Position numbers and translations under genes: made by a program. Shown one piece after another: positions 1 through 10,429 of a DNA stretch of 64,000 nucleotides. How positions within the stretch are numbered: the stretch's first letter is position 1; every line of letters begins with the position of its first letter. The notes beneath the pieces were generated by a model, which had not been told where the DNA came from, did no database searches, and saw only the letters and a program-made list of their open reading frames with translations. Source of the DNA: Chitinophagales bacterium (lineage in GTDB: Bacteria; Bacteroidota; Bacteroidia; Chitinophagales; JADJOU01); assembly GCA_025455685.1 (NCBI GenBank), contig JALOMB010000002.1, forward strand, positions 5,515-69,514, read 5' to 3'.

Positions 1-2412
1 GATAAAATAACTGAACGTATTTCAAAGTTATGTTATAAACTCAATCAAGAATTTGTAGATCCGATTAAACTCACTACTGATGTCATCAATAAAATGACGA
101 ATGGTATTTCTACGACTGAATTAGATGAGCATGCAGCGAATATAGCGGCATCTTACGCTTCTATTCATCCAGACTATGCAATTCTTGCTGCTCGATTAGC
201 TGTTTCCAATCTACATAAGAATACAAATAAGAAATTTTCTGAAGTCATTAGTCAGTTATTTCACTATGTTCACAAAGAAACTGGATTGCCTGCCGGACTT
301 ATCGCTGAAGATGTTTATGAAATAGTTCAAAAAAATGCTGACAAATTAAACTCTGCAGTCGTCCATGCACGCGACGAACACTATGATTACTTTGGATTCA
401 AAACGCTAGAAAAATCTTATTTGCTTAAAATAGACGGAAAAATCGTCGAGCGACCACAGCATATGCTTATGAGAGCAGCAATCGGTATTCACAAAGAAGA
501 TATTGAAGCCGCGATAGAAACATACAACCTAATGAGTGAGCGTTGGTTTACGCATGCCACACCGACACTCTTTAATTCAGGGACAATTAAACCTCAAATG
601 TCTTCTTGCTTTTTGCTTACGATGAAAGAAGATAGTATCGATGGAATTTTCGATACGCTAAAACAATGCGCGCAGATTTCTAAAAGTGCAGGCGGTATTG
701 GTTTGAGTATTCACAATATTCGCGCTAAGGGCTCCTATATTAAAGGGACAAATGGTACTTCAAATGGTATAGTGCCTATGGTAAAGGTTTTTAATGATAC
801 AGCACGATATGTGGATCAAGGTGGTGGTAAAAGAAAAGGTGCATTTGCCTTATACCTAGAGCCTTGGCATGCAGATGTACTCGAGTTTCTCGATATGAAA
901 AAAAACAATGGAAAAGACGAAGAGCGTGCTAGAGATTTATTTTATGCTTTATGGATACCAGATTTATTTATGAAGCGTGTCAAAGAAAAAGGCGATTGGT
1001 CTCTATTTTGTCCTGCAGAATGTCCCGGCTTGTCTGATGTTCATTCTGAAGAGTTCGAAGCCCTATACCTCCAATATGAAAAAGAAGGGCGTGCCAAAAA
1101 AACGATTCCTGCCGAAACCTTAGTTCGAAAAATAGTCGATTTGCAAATGGAAAGCGGTAATCCTTACATATTATTTAAAGATCAGGCCAATAGAAAATCC
1201 AATCAACAGAATCTTGGGACAATCAAAAGCTCTAACCTTTGCACGGAGATCATACAATATACCTCAAAAGATGAGGTCGCTGTATGTAATCTCGCTTCAA
1301 TTGCATTAAATAGATTTGTCAATGAAGATAAAACATATAATTTTCAGAAGTTAGAAGAAGTTACTGCTGTAGCTACGAGAAATCTCAACAAAATTATTGA
1401 TCTCAATTTTTATCCTGTCCCAGAAGCCAAAAATTCAAATTTAAGACATAGGCCTATTGGGCTTGGTGTTCAAGGGTTAGCGGACGCATTTATCTTAATG
1501 CGTTATCCATTTGAATCTTCAGAGGCTAAAAAACTCAACGAAGATATTTTCGAAACGATATACTACAGTGCGATGAAGACCTCATTAGAAATCGCTAAAG
1601 AAAAAGGTCCCTATGATTCATTTCAAGGCTCTCCTTTGAGCCAAGGTAAATTTCAGTTTGATTTATGGAATGAAACACCTAAGTCAGGAAGGTATGATTG
1701 GGAATCACTGAGACAAGAAGTCATGTCACATGGTGTTAGAAATTCATTACTCGTAGCTCCTATGCCTACTGCTTCTACGTCTCAAATATTAGGGAATAAT
1801 GAATGCTTTGAACCTTATACAGAAAACATTTACCTAAGAAGAGTGAATTCAGGTGATTTCATCGTAGTAAACAAACATTTACTCAAAGACTTAATCGATA
1901 GAAAACTATGGAATAAAGAAACCAAAGATCAGATTATTTTAAATAAAGGTTCTGTACAAAATTTGGATTTCATGCCACAGGATTTAAAGGATTTATACAA
2001 AACAGTTTGGGAAATATCTCAGAAAAACCTTATAGATTTAGCGGCGGATAGAGGCAAATATATTTGTCAGAGTCAGTCTATGAATTTGTTTATTGATAAG
2101 CCGACATCAGCTAAACTTGCTTCTGCTTTGATGTACACCTGGGAAAAAGGCCTTAAAACAGGTTCGTATTATATTCGTACGAGTGGGGCAGCGACACCAG
2201 ACAAAGTAAGTCAAGTCGAAGCATTACAAAAGCAGAAAAAACTAAATAACGCTCAATCTCATTTTGAATCTGCAGTCATTACACCTCCGAGTTATAATGA
2301 ATCAAAGGTAGATGAATTCCAGGAAACTGATGCTGAAAAAAAGTTTTTACATGAACTACAATCAAAACCTGAAGATGAAATAGGATGTAGTGGTGGAAGC
2401 TGTTCGGCATAA
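1..2412 (+). CDS. nrdA: ribonucleoside-diphosphate reductase large subunit (class Ia, eukaryote-like R1); 5' end lies upstream of the window
   Basis: Frame is open from nt 1, so the listed ATG at 94 is internal. RNR core motifs are present ([33 protein letters not shown]), plus a C-terminal CSGGSC redox tail. Long colinear resemblance to eukaryotic R1 as I recall it. Confidence 0.93.
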   Translation, partial: DKITERISKLCYKLNQEFVDPIKLTTDVINKMTNGISTTELDEHAANIAASYASIHPDYAILAARLAVSNLHKNTNKKFSEVISQLFHYVHKETGLPAGLIAEDVYEIVQKNADKLNSAVVHARDEHYDYFGFKTLEKSYLLKIDGKIVERPQHMLMRAAIGIHKEDIEAAIETYNLMSERWFTHATPTLFNSGTIKPQMSSCFLLTMKEDSIDGIFDTLKQCAQISKSAGGIGLSIHNIRAKGSYIKGTNGTSNGIVPMVKVFNDTARYVDQGGGKRKGAFALYLEPWHADVLEFLDMKKNNGKDEERARDLFYALWIPDLFMKRVKEKGDWSLFCPAECPGLSDVHSEEFEALYLQYEKEGRAKKTIPAETLVRKIVDLQMESGNPYILFKDQANRKSNQQNLGTIKSSNLCTEIIQYTSKDEVAVCNLASIALNRFVNEDKTYNFQKLEEVTAVATRNLNKIIDLNFYPVPEAKNSNLRHRPIGLGVQGLADAFILMRYPFESSEAKKLNEDIFETIYYSAMKTSLEIAKEKGPYDSFQGSPLSQGKFQFDLWNETPKSGRYDWESLRQEVMSHGVRNSLLVAPMPTASTSQILGNNECFEPYTENIYLRRVNSGDFIVVNKHLLKDLIDRKLWNKETKDQIILNKGSVQNLDFMPQDLKDLYKTVWEISQKNLIDLAADRGKYICQSQSMNLFIDKPTSAKLASALMYTWEKGLKTGSYYIRTSGAATPDKVSQVEALQKQKKLNNAQSHFESAVITPPSYNESKVDEFQETDAEKKFLHELQSKPEDEIGCSGGSCSA

Positions 2413-2438
2413 AGCGGTATACATTAAATTAATTAAAA

Positions 2439-2467
2439 TGCACGATAAATTATGTCGTGCATTTTTT
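2439..2467 (+). terminator. rho-independent terminator after nrdA
   Basis: Stem TGCACGA/TCGTGCA with a 9-nt loop, followed by T6, 27 nt after the stop codon. Confidence 0.7.
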
Positions 2468-2554
2468 ATTTAGAGATAATAGAGAACGGGTAATCTTACT
2501 TAGTTTTTTAATAAAAGCAACTTTATAAAAGTTGTATTTTTTTTAGATATGACG

Positions 2555-3586
2555 CTAACTAGATAACTGTTGAACCAATTGAATTAATTCTTTGACTGTA
2601 TTTTTATTATGATTTACACAGTACACATTTTCAAAGCGGTCGGATAGATTTCTCGCTAAATACATTTGCTCCCATTGATTTGGTGTAGGTATTAGTATAA
2701 TTTTAATTTGAATACCCTGCAATTGCTGCAGCCAAAAAACATCAACTATAGAGCTATAGCCACTCCGCATTATGATTATTTTACTTTGGAGATATATGCG
2801 CGCTAAGTTTTCTCCATAACAAATGCTAAAAATTTGAATATGAGCTGTATTCGACAATAGCTCTTCTGATTTTCCCCTAACTAGTAGGCATTTTTCTTTA
2901 AAAGAACACATTGATTCTAATACAATATGCTCTAGGGTTTGGCGCTGAGTTTCTAATCCAGAAAGTACGGAAGTAATTTTATCTTGATTTATTTGCTTCA
3001 AAGGTTCAAGATGTCTAAACTGGGTTAAAAATCCTATATATTGACATTGTTTCAAGAATGGATTCGTAGAAATTTCTCCACTCAAACGAATATCCGCTTC
3101 ATCTGGTATCCATATTTGCGTGTATTTGCTTAGAAGTAAGTAAAATGCCAATAAAGACAGGGTTTCAAAGCCGTTTTTTTTGAATCTCAGCTGATGCGTA
3201 ATCATATAGCTCGGAATGTCAGAGTGATACCAGCCATAGCAATTGTCTGAAATCAACAGGTCAAATTGCTTGATTTTCTGTATTTGTATTATTTGCTGAC
3301 TTGCTTTAAATTTATTTTTAATAACTCTAAAAGGCAAAGTTAATAAATTAAAAAAGTCTATTTTGCCTTTTTGATTATAGGAATAAGGTTTTTGATCCAA
3401 TTTGAAAACTAAATGTGGATATTTAGCAAATAAATAATCAAAAGCAATTCCGTTACTGTAGATTTCAATCCTATTATGAGGTAGAAGCGTATCGATAAGC
3501 CCAGAAATTCTCGTGGCGTGTCCTAAGCCCCAATTTAAAACAGAGATTCCGATTTTTTTATTAACAAATTCTATCGGCAATCCCAT
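2555..3586 (-). CDS. GT-B glycosyltransferase (MJ1255/TIGR00661-like, family 28-like)
   Basis: N-terminal GISVLNWGLGHATR glycine-rich motif typical of this family. The listed start at 3604 is GTG and overlaps ctaA; ATG at 3586 (MGLPIEF) is more likely. Confidence 0.55.
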   Translation of the reverse strand: MGLPIEFVNKKIGISVLNWGLGHATRISGLIDTLLPHNRIEIYSNGIAFDYLFAKYPHLVFKLDQKPYSYNQKGKIDFFNLLTLPFRVIKNKFKASQQIIQIQKIKQFDLLISDNCYGWYHSDIPSYMITHQLRFKKNGFETLSLLAFYLLLSKYTQIWIPDEADIRLSGEISTNPFLKQCQYIGFLTQFRHLEPLKQINQDKITSVLSGLETQRQTLEHIVLESMCSFKEKCLLVRGKSEELLSNTAHIQIFSICYGENLARIYLQSKIIIMRSGYSSIVDVFWLQQLQGIQIKIILIPTPNQWEQMYLARNLSDRFENVYCVNHNKNTVKELIQLVQQLSS

Positions 3587-3593
3587 AACTGTA

Positions 3594-4649
3594 TTATCTA
3601 ACACAGACTTTTGACTGAATTCTAATTCGATAAAAAGTAAGAAAAAGAAAAATCAAGAAACCCCAAAATTGATGTAATAATGCTAGATAAATAATAACTT
3701 TCGGTATGCTCGTCATTGCTGTAGCGAGTCCTAGTATAATTTGTACGATTAACCCAACGCCAAAAATATAGGATAATTTAGTACGCTGTCTCATGATATG
3801 AATACTCGCCAAAATAAAAATTAAGTACGCATTAATTCGATGAAACAAATGAAAAAGAAACTTAATAGAAATATTGGATTCATAATCCCAAAATGCATTA
3901 GCATTCTGAGCAAAGGCATCTGTCCATAAAGCGCCAACAACTTTCCAATTCATTAATAGAGAAAAATAGGGAAAAGAAGACGCACCCTTCATACCAGAAA
4001 CCAACGCGCCAAGTAAAATCTGAATATATACTAAAAAAAGGAGAAATCCGATAAATCGGGAAGATACTTTGTCTATTTCAAAATCTAATCTATAGGTGTA
4101 ACGTATGTATACATGAAACAAAACACCTAAAGTTAAAGCAGGAAATGCCAAATGAAACATGAGTCTATATGCTGAAACCCATGTTCGTTGGTCAGATTGA
4201 AGTCCGGATTTAACCATAAACCAGCCTAAAAATCCACTTATACCAGCTAATAAAAACACTAATGCGAGCCCTTTGAAGAGTTCTAATGAAATCTTCTTCT
4301 GAATCATAAAAAATAACAACGGTATCAAATAAACTAAAAACATAACTCTAGCCCAAAGCCTATGAAAATATTCCCAATAAAAGATAGTTTTGAATTCATC
4401 GAGAGACATATCCCTATGAATAGTTTGGTATTGTTTTTTAGCGAAACTCTGATATTTTTCGAAACTTAAAATCCATTCAGAATCGTTAAGAGGAGGCAAT
4501 ACGCCTTTGATTACGTTCCATTCAGTAATTGATAAACCTGAATCAGTTAACCTAGTGACGCCACCAATTAAAATTTGAAGTAAAATCATCAAAACACCTA
4601 TCAGCAACCAAATTGAAACTGAATTGTGGCGAGTCAGGACTTTTTTCAT
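3594..4649 (-). CDS. ctaA: heme A synthase (COX15/CtaA family)
   Basis: Polytopic membrane protein with the N-terminal GGVTRLTDSGLSITEW signature and conserved His in TM helices. Confidence 0.85.
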   Translation of the reverse strand: MKKVLTRHNSVSIWLLIGVLMILLQILIGGVTRLTDSGLSITEWNVIKGVLPPLNDSEWILSFEKYQSFAKKQYQTIHRDMSLDEFKTIFYWEYFHRLWARVMFLVYLIPLLFFMIQKKISLELFKGLALVFLLAGISGFLGWFMVKSGLQSDQRTWVSAYRLMFHLAFPALTLGVLFHVYIRYTYRLDFEIDKVSSRFIGFLLFLVYIQILLGALVSGMKGASSFPYFSLLMNWKVVGALWTDAFAQNANAFWDYESNISIKFLFHLFHRINAYLIFILASIHIMRQRTKLSYIFGVGLIVQIILGLATAMTSIPKVIIYLALLHQFWGFLIFLFLTFYRIRIQSKVCVR

Positions 4650-4654
4650 TTTAT

Positions 4655-5458
4655 TTATTCACCTATGTTTTTTAAGGCGGTTTCTGCTTTATCCCTTAAT
4701 TCTGTATTTCTCAGCTCTTTCAATAAAACTTTAGCTTCGTTAATTTTATTGTTTTTGTATAGTTCTTGTGCTTTCTGAAACTTCAAATTAGCATCATTGT
4801 CGACTATCACTGTTCGATATTCGGATGTTGATGGAGCAGGAGCAGGAGCAGGAGTGGAAGTAGGTTTAGTATTGTTGCCTTTAGAATTATCTATAGGATT
4901 TGAAAAGGAAGGATTTGTTATAGAATTATTATTGACAGAGCTTGAACTTGGAATAGATATTGAAGAAGCACTATTGGTTTGAATAGGCTGAATATCATTA
5001 ATTAGAAGACTATCATTAGGATTTGGCAAGTCTGTTTTCACCATTTCTACTGTTTCTATCTCCTCATTTTCAGATCGCAATTGCTTGATAGACATGTCTC
5101 TATTAAAAATATACCACAACCATAAACCAAGACCTATAACTCCGAGCAATACTAGTATGAATAAGCCAATTTTAAATGCTTTTGAAGAGAAAAAATTATT
5201 TGTAGATGATGCATTATAATTTGAAGTGCTGCCTACACCAGTGATTTCTTCTATTTGGGCATGAATAAGCTGAAGTGAATTGTAAGCTACTGACTTCACA
5301 TCTCCTTCATTAATAGTATCTACGGCTTCTTTTAGAAATGGATCATAAGGTAAATGTTCCATCAATTGTTTTTCTCGCTCAGGCGACAATTTGTTTTGAA
5401 AGTATTGATTCCACTCTTTTGTAGTTAGTTTGTTAAATTTTTTGTGAATCTCTGCCAT
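4655..5458 (-). CDS. single-pass membrane protein, putative anti-sigma factor
   Basis: Sits 2 nt downstream of an ECF sigma gene. Cytoplasmic N-terminus, one TM helix (FKIGLFILVLLGVIGLGLWLWYIF), a Ser/Pro/Asn-rich linker (PAPAPAPS) and a TPR-like C-terminus. Confidence 0.45.
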   Translation of the reverse strand: MAEIHKKFNKLTTKEWNQYFQNKLSPEREKQLMEHLPYDPFLKEAVDTINEGDVKSVAYNSLQLIHAQIEEITGVGSTSNYNASSTNNFFSSKAFKIGLFILVLLGVIGLGLWLWYIFNRDMSIKQLRSENEEIETVEMVKTDLPNPNDSLLINDIQPIQTNSASSISIPSSSSVNNNSITNPSFSNPIDNSKGNNTKPTSTPAPAPAPSTSEYRTVIVDNDANLKFQKAQELYKNNKINEAKVLLKELRNTELRDKAETALKNIGE

Positions 5459-5460
5459 AA

Positions 5461-6060
5461 TTACAATTCTTTATTTTCTAAATAAGATTTCAAAAGTCTC
5501 TTTCCATTTTGTATATTGGTTTTGACTTGATTTATGGTAAATCCTGTGATTTCCGATACCTCTTGATAAGATTTATTTTGAATATAAAATAAATCGATAC
5601 AAACTTTTTGATTTTCGCTTAAGGTATCAATGGCAATCCTAAGATTATTGGAATCAAATTTTATATTTTGATCAGCAGTTTCTTTGACATTGACATTAAT
5701 AAACATTTCATCTTCGTCTGTATTGAGCTCTTCTATGAGTATCATTTTACTCTCTTCCTCTGTAGCATTTCGTTTTTTAGTCTCTACGATACAAATATTC
5801 TTGATGAGATTATGAAGCCATTTGGAAAAGTTTTTAATTTCATAGCGCTTCAAATCTGAAGATATTTTATTAAATACAGTCAATGTAATTTCTTCAGCTT
5901 CTTTTTGGTTTTTAAGATGTTTGATAGCTACAGCGAAAACCAAAGCAGTATATCTTAGAAATAATTCAGCTAAATATTTCTCATCATGAGAAAATCTATA
6001 CATTTTGATTAGCTCTTCATCAGATAATTGAGCAATATTACTACTTCCAAAATGAATCAT
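5461..6060 (-). CDS. RNA polymerase sigma-70 family ECF sigma factor
   Basis: Region 2 (EEITLTVFNKI...FSKWLHNLIKN) and region 4 HTH (LSENQKVCIDLFYIQNKSYQEVSEITGFTINQVKTNI). Confidence 0.85.
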   Translation of the reverse strand: MIHFGSSNIAQLSDEELIKMYRFSHDEKYLAELFLRYTALVFAVAIKHLKNQKEAEEITLTVFNKISSDLKRYEIKNFSKWLHNLIKNICIVETKKRNATEEESKMILIEELNTDEDEMFINVNVKETADQNIKFDSNNLRIAIDTLSENQKVCIDLFYIQNKSYQEVSEITGFTINQVKTNIQNGKRLLKSYLENKEL

Positions 6061-6163
6061 ATTTCCGTCATTTTTTTGGCTAAAATAATATTTTTTTTTT
6101 ATATCTCGTATGATTTTTTTGTTTGTATCATATAAAATCGAAATAAAATTAAAAAAACTTTTC

Positions 6164-6171
6164 TATTTTTG
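6164..6171 (+). promoter_or_regulatory. Bacteroidota -7 promoter box TAttTTTG upstream of sdaA
   Basis: Matches TAnnTTTG; the G lies 22 nt before the ATG at 6194. Confidence 0.45.
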
Positions 6172-6193
6172 TTACAAATATTTAATTTAAGCG

Positions 6194-7606
6194 ATGAATT
6201 CTATTTCAGTATTTGATATCATTAAAATTGGCGTTGGTCCAAGTTCCTCCCATACTATGGGACCTTGGCATGCTGCAATGGAATTTTTGAAGTTGCTAAG
6301 ACCTAGGTTAAATGAATTAAAGAGCATGCAAGTTTCTCTATATGGTTCGCTTGCCAAAACGGGCAAAGGACATGGGACTGATTATGCTGTCTTAATGGGT
6401 TTATGTGGTTATGATTATCGCTACAAAGATACGAATTATCTCCTCGAGCAATATGACCAATTGATTCAGATTAAAAAAATATTGATTGACGGTTCTATGT
6501 CCCTTGACTTAACTGATGACTTTATCGTTTTTCATTATGACATTACTCATGAAATTCATCCCAATGCATTGAAATTTGAAGCTTTTTTTGATGATGACAC
6601 CTCAATAAATCAGCTTTATTTTTCACTTGGAGGTGGCTTTATTTCTACTTTGGAATCCCCTGAATCTACTTTGAATCGCTCTACTTCAGAGTTTCCTTGT
6701 CATCATGGTAAAGATATTTTGAAATTTTGCGACACCTTTAAATGGACTATTCCTGAATTGATAAGACATAACGAATCAACTTGGCTTAGTCAGTCAGAGA
6801 TTGAAGCACAGTGCCTTTATTTGTGGGAGGAAATGAAAAAAACGATATGGCGGGGTCTTAATAATACCGGCAATCTGCCAGGTATACTTAAGGTAAAAAG
6901 AAGAGCTAGTGATTTGTATCAGCAATTTACTAAAGGAATTAAAATAGCGGATTTTGATGAGTTTTCAGCCGTACTCAAGTTAAGTGACAAGTCATTTGCT
7001 CAAGTGAATCAATGGATTTCATGCTTTGCTTTAGCAGTAAATGAAGAAAATGCTGCTTACGGACGTGTAGTCACTTCACCAACCAATGGTGCTTGTGGGG
7101 TTATACCTGCAGTTTTATGCTATGCTTATCATTTCTTGCCACAAATTGGAGAAAAAGAAATTATCGATTTTATTTTAGTAGCAGGAGAAATAGGTACCTT
7201 ATTTAAAAAAAATGCGACAATAAGTGCTGCTATGGGTGGGTGTCAAGCTGAGATAGGTGTCTCTTCGGCAATGGCCGCAGCTGCTTTATGTCAAATTTCT
7301 GGAGGAAGTCCAGCTCAGGTTTTGATGGCCGCTGAAATAGCTATGGAGCATCATCTAGGGTTAACTTGTGATCCGGTTGCTGGTTTGGTTCAGATTCCTT
7401 GTATCGAGCGAAATTCTATGGGTGCCATGAAAGCTATTACAGCGGCAAATATCGCTATAGTTAGCGATGCAAGTCAAGCCAAAGTTAGCTTAGATAACGT
7501 AATAAATACTATGTGGCAAACGGCTCAAGACATGTCTCTAAAATACAAAGAAACCTCTGAAGCTGGTTTAGCATCAAATATTTCTGTAAATTTGATCGAA
7601 TGTTAA
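6194..7606 (+). CDS. sdaA: L-serine ammonia-lyase (iron-sulfur dependent, single chain)
   Basis: N-terminal SVFDIIKIGVGPSSSHTMGP and C-terminal CQAEIGVSSAMAAA...CDPV..VQIPCIERN motifs of the fused beta/alpha L-serine dehydratase. Confidence 0.9.
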   Translation: MNSISVFDIIKIGVGPSSSHTMGPWHAAMEFLKLLRPRLNELKSMQVSLYGSLAKTGKGHGTDYAVLMGLCGYDYRYKDTNYLLEQYDQLIQIKKILIDGSMSLDLTDDFIVFHYDITHEIHPNALKFEAFFDDDTSINQLYFSLGGGFISTLESPESTLNRSTSEFPCHHGKDILKFCDTFKWTIPELIRHNESTWLSQSEIEAQCLYLWEEMKKTIWRGLNNTGNLPGILKVKRRASDLYQQFTKGIKIADFDEFSAVLKLSDKSFAQVNQWISCFALAVNEENAAYGRVVTSPTNGACGVIPAVLCYAYHFLPQIGEKEIIDFILVAGEIGTLFKKNATISAAMGGCQAEIGVSSAMAAAALCQISGGSPAQVLMAAEIAMEHHLGLTCDPVAGLVQIPCIERNSMGAMKAITAANIAIVSDASQAKVSLDNVINTMWQTAQDMSLKYKETSEAGLASNISVNLIEC

Positions 7607-8178
7607 AAAATATCTTTTTAATTTGTTTTTTGTTTGTATTCGTTGGCTGTACGCAAAACAATATACCTAAACCTAAGGCATATCCCCGAGTCTATCTACC
7701 TAAAAAAGCTTATCAAGAATTTTTATCGGATTGTAGCTATAGATTTGAATATCCAATTTATGGTGAGATTCAGAAGAAAGATTCTTTTGGTCAAAAAAAA
7801 CTATCTAGTGATTTATGTTGGTTTGATTTGTATTTTCCTGAATTTGATTCTAGAATACATTTTTCTTATAAGTATTTTACTCAAGAACAAGAATTAATAC
7901 AGTTGCTTGAAGAAAATTATCGCATGACCTCCAAGCATATGCGAAAAGCTTCGTATATCAAGGATTCAATCTTTGAGACTCCAGATAAGAAAGTAATGCT
8001 CTTTAATGTTGGTGGCGATGCCGCAAGTCAAAGACAGTTTATCATTACGGATGGCAAAAACAAATACATTCGAGGTGCACTGTATTTTAATGTGACTCCA
8101 AATTCAGATTCACTTAGGCCTATTGTAGCCTTCTTGGACGAAGATTTAAAGCATTTAATTCAAACTTTTAGGTTTTAA
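7600..8178 (+). CDS. gldD: gliding motility lipoprotein GldD-like
   Basis: Lipobox FVGC followed by IPKPKAYPRV. The later GGDAASQRQFIITD...GALYFNVTPNSDSLRP matches my recollection of Flavobacterium GldD. Confidence 0.6.
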   Translation: MLKNIFLICFLFVFVGCTQNNIPKPKAYPRVYLPKKAYQEFLSDCSYRFEYPIYGEIQKKDSFGQKKLSSDLCWFDLYFPEFDSRIHFSYKYFTQEQELIQLLEENYRMTSKHMRKASYIKDSIFETPDKKVMLFNVGGDAASQRQFIITDGKNKYIRGALYFNVTPNSDSLRPIVAFLDEDLKHLIQTFRF

Positions 8179-8187
8179 ATTTTTCTA

Positions 8188-9267
8188 ATGACCTTTTTTT
8201 CTTTGATTTCTGCGTTAATTTGTTTGGTTTGTTTTTTACTTTTTCTTAAGCATTTAAGTCATTTGGTATTAAATCTATGGAGTAACAAAGAAGTTTTCTC
8301 CAATTTTTCTTATCCTGTGACTATTGTGATTTGCATTGCTAAAAACTCACCTGTTTTAAACAAGGTTATTAGGCAAGTTTTAGCTCAAAATCATGAGCAT
8401 TTTGAACTCATGCTCCTCATACAAAATGATTTAGAAGAAATAAAATCATCTTTAAAACAAGTGGAACACCAAAAAATTACTATTGTTGATGCAAAAATTA
8501 TTGAATTTGGGCAAAAAGGAAAGTTAATCGATTTAGCAGTTAAATACGCAAGACATGAAGTAATTATTACCTTAGACGATGACACCTTTCCAAAAGACTC
8601 ACAATGGTTACAACATAGTGTAGCACCTTTTGAATCAGAAAGTATCAAATTATCGCTTGGTGTTTCACCAATTGTACCTCATTTACATCGCAGTAGCCTT
8701 CAAGCTTTTGATAATTTTTATGTATTTTTGTCCATGAGTTTAGCTGCCATGTCACAAAAAGCCTATATGGGCCTTGGTCGTAACTTAGCTTTTCGAAAGT
8801 CACTTTGGCTAGCATATAGAAAGCAAGAGTCTAATACAAAAGGATATGGCGATGATGACTTATTGGTTCAATTCGCAGACAAATCAGAAGTCGCCTTAAA
8901 TGAATCCAGTGTAGCCTATACGATGCCTTACTCCTCGCTAATATCTTTTTCCAAGGCGAAAATTCGCCACCACGCAATAGGCTACCAATACAACAAAGCA
9001 AGCAAAGATGGCTCATCTAGGATATTGTTGACAAAAATAGCTTTTTGGATAGTTTTTGTTTTTTGGTTTCAGAATTTCGATACACATGCCATTGGCATTT
9101 TTTTGGCATTGGCTTTGGTGATATTGGAGCATATGTGTTATTCTGCACTTTCATTTCGAAAGAGATATAGGTATCCTTATCTTTTAGGTTTTTTGTGGTG
9201 TGTCGTTCATCCATTTTATATTGCTTTAATTGCTTTAATCGCTTTGATTTATAAACCTAAATGGTAA
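8188..9267 (+). CDS. family 2 glycosyltransferase, membrane-bound
   Basis: N-terminal TM helix, GT-A fold with the ITLDDDTF (DxD) motif, C-terminal TM helices. Confidence 0.6.
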   Translation: MTFFSLISALICLVCFLLFLKHLSHLVLNLWSNKEVFSNFSYPVTIVICIAKNSPVLNKVIRQVLAQNHEHFELMLLIQNDLEEIKSSLKQVEHQKITIVDAKIIEFGQKGKLIDLAVKYARHEVIITLDDDTFPKDSQWLQHSVAPFESESIKLSLGVSPIVPHLHRSSLQAFDNFYVFLSMSLAAMSQKAYMGLGRNLAFRKSLWLAYRKQESNTKGYGDDDLLVQFADKSEVALNESSVAYTMPYSSLISFSKAKIRHHAIGYQYNKASKDGSSRILLTKIAFWIVFVFWFQNFDTHAIGIFLALALVILEHMCYSALSFRKRYRYPYLLGFLWCVVHPFYIALIALIALIYKPKW

Positions 9268-9689
9268 AACATAAAATTATTTTACCTGAAGATGACTCTT
9301 CAGAGATAGTGTCATGGTATCATTTCGGAATTCATACTTCGATGCCTTCTGCTCATATGGCTTCTGTTTTAAATGTGTTGTGTTGCATAGATTTAGCTTA
9401 CAAGGGTAAGTGGGAAGTCAACTATAAGCTAAATATACAAGTGTCTTATGGATATTTTATCTATACCAATGAATATGGTGATATATTTAGTTTATTTCAG
9501 AGTAAAAATAAACTAAAGGATTTTTTGGCAGCAGGCACTAATTTTGATTATATTTTTAGCGTCAATCATATCCAAGAAGAATTTGTATCCCGACTAGGTC
9601 AGCACCTTAAGATTTCGTTTGTGACTCATTTGCCTGAAATCAAATCAAAAGATTTTTCGAAATACCTTCAAACAATATCTACTCACTAA
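9261..9689 (+). CDS. hypothetical protein
   Basis: 142-codon ORF overlapping the upstream GT2 gene by 7 nt (translational coupling). No family recognised. Confidence 0.5.
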   Translation: MVKHKIILPEDDSSEIVSWYHFGIHTSMPSAHMASVLNVLCCIDLAYKGKWEVNYKLNIQVSYGYFIYTNEYGDIFSLFQSKNKLKDFLAAGTNFDYIFSVNHIQEEFVSRLGQHLKISFVTHLPEIKSKDFSKYLQTISTH

Positions 9690-10327
9690 TTGTTTCTTCT
9701 AGCCAGCAGCACGCCATCCCTCAATGGTAAAATCACGGTGATAAAGTCAGGGTGATTGGCAAATATATCTACCGCTTCCCTTATAGCCAAGGTGTCTTTA
9801 TCTTGGCATTCTTGGTCAGCAACCTTGCCTTTCCATAAAACATTGTCTATGACAACTAAGCCTTCTGGAGCGCACTTTTCTATGAGTATCTCGGCGTAAG
9901 CAGGGTAGTTTTTTTTGTCTGCATCCAGAAAAAACATATCTACAGACTTGTTGTCTATGTGGTTCATGTAATTCAAAGCGTTAGCGTAAATTGATTGGAT
10001 TTTTTCTTGAAGGTGTAATTTCTTGAAATATTTTTCGGCAATCGTTTTTCGCTCTTCATCAATATCTATAGTTATAATTTTTTGCGGTGGGTTAATCGCT
10101 AAAGCCATACAAATTGTTGCATATCCCGTAAATGTTCCTATTTCTACTGTGAGCTTTGGTTTTTGCATCTGCGTAAGCAAATAGAGTAGTGTGCCTTGTT
10201 CTTTGGAGGAGATCATTTGTGGCATAAGTACCTTTAGGTAGGTTTCTCTGGTTAGTTCTTCTAGCTCGGGATGAATATGTTTCGCTTTTTCGGATAAGAA
10301 ATCAAGTATTTTAGAATCTAGTATCAT
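9686..10327 (-). CDS. class I SAM-dependent O-methyltransferase (caffeoyl-CoA OMT-like)
   Basis: VEIGTFTGYATICMA SAM motif, then DMFFLDADKKNY and VIDNVLW. The listed start 10438 adds a Lys-rich extension overlapping the divergent gene; ATG at 10327 (MILDSKILDF) is preferred. Confidence 0.8.
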   Translation of the reverse strand: MILDSKILDFLSEKAKHIHPELEELTRETYLKVLMPQMISSKEQGTLLYLLTQMQKPKLTVEIGTFTGYATICMALAINPPQKIITIDIDEERKTIAEKYFKKLHLQEKIQSIYANALNYMNHIDNKSVDMFFLDADKKNYPAYAEILIEKCAPEGLVVIDNVLWKGKVADQECQDKDTLAIREAVDIFANHPDFITVILPLRDGVLLARRNN

Positions 10328-10429
10328 TTTTTTGGGGTAAAAATATAAAAAAATGATGGATAAACAGAAAATTTGCTTTTTAGCTGTTTTTTTTTTCTTA
10401 TTTTTACGGTTCATAATAATGATTGCTTT

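Noticed and set aside
4833-4854. Hexanucleotide repeat (GGAGCA x3) in the anti-sigma-like gene, and the 9-mer triplet ATTGCTTTA at 9220-9246, as possible phase-variation tracts or a CRISPR-like array
   Set aside because: Both are in frame (encoding PAPAPAP and ALIALIALI), have only three units, and unit lengths divisible by three cannot switch the reading frame. They are not spaced repeats.
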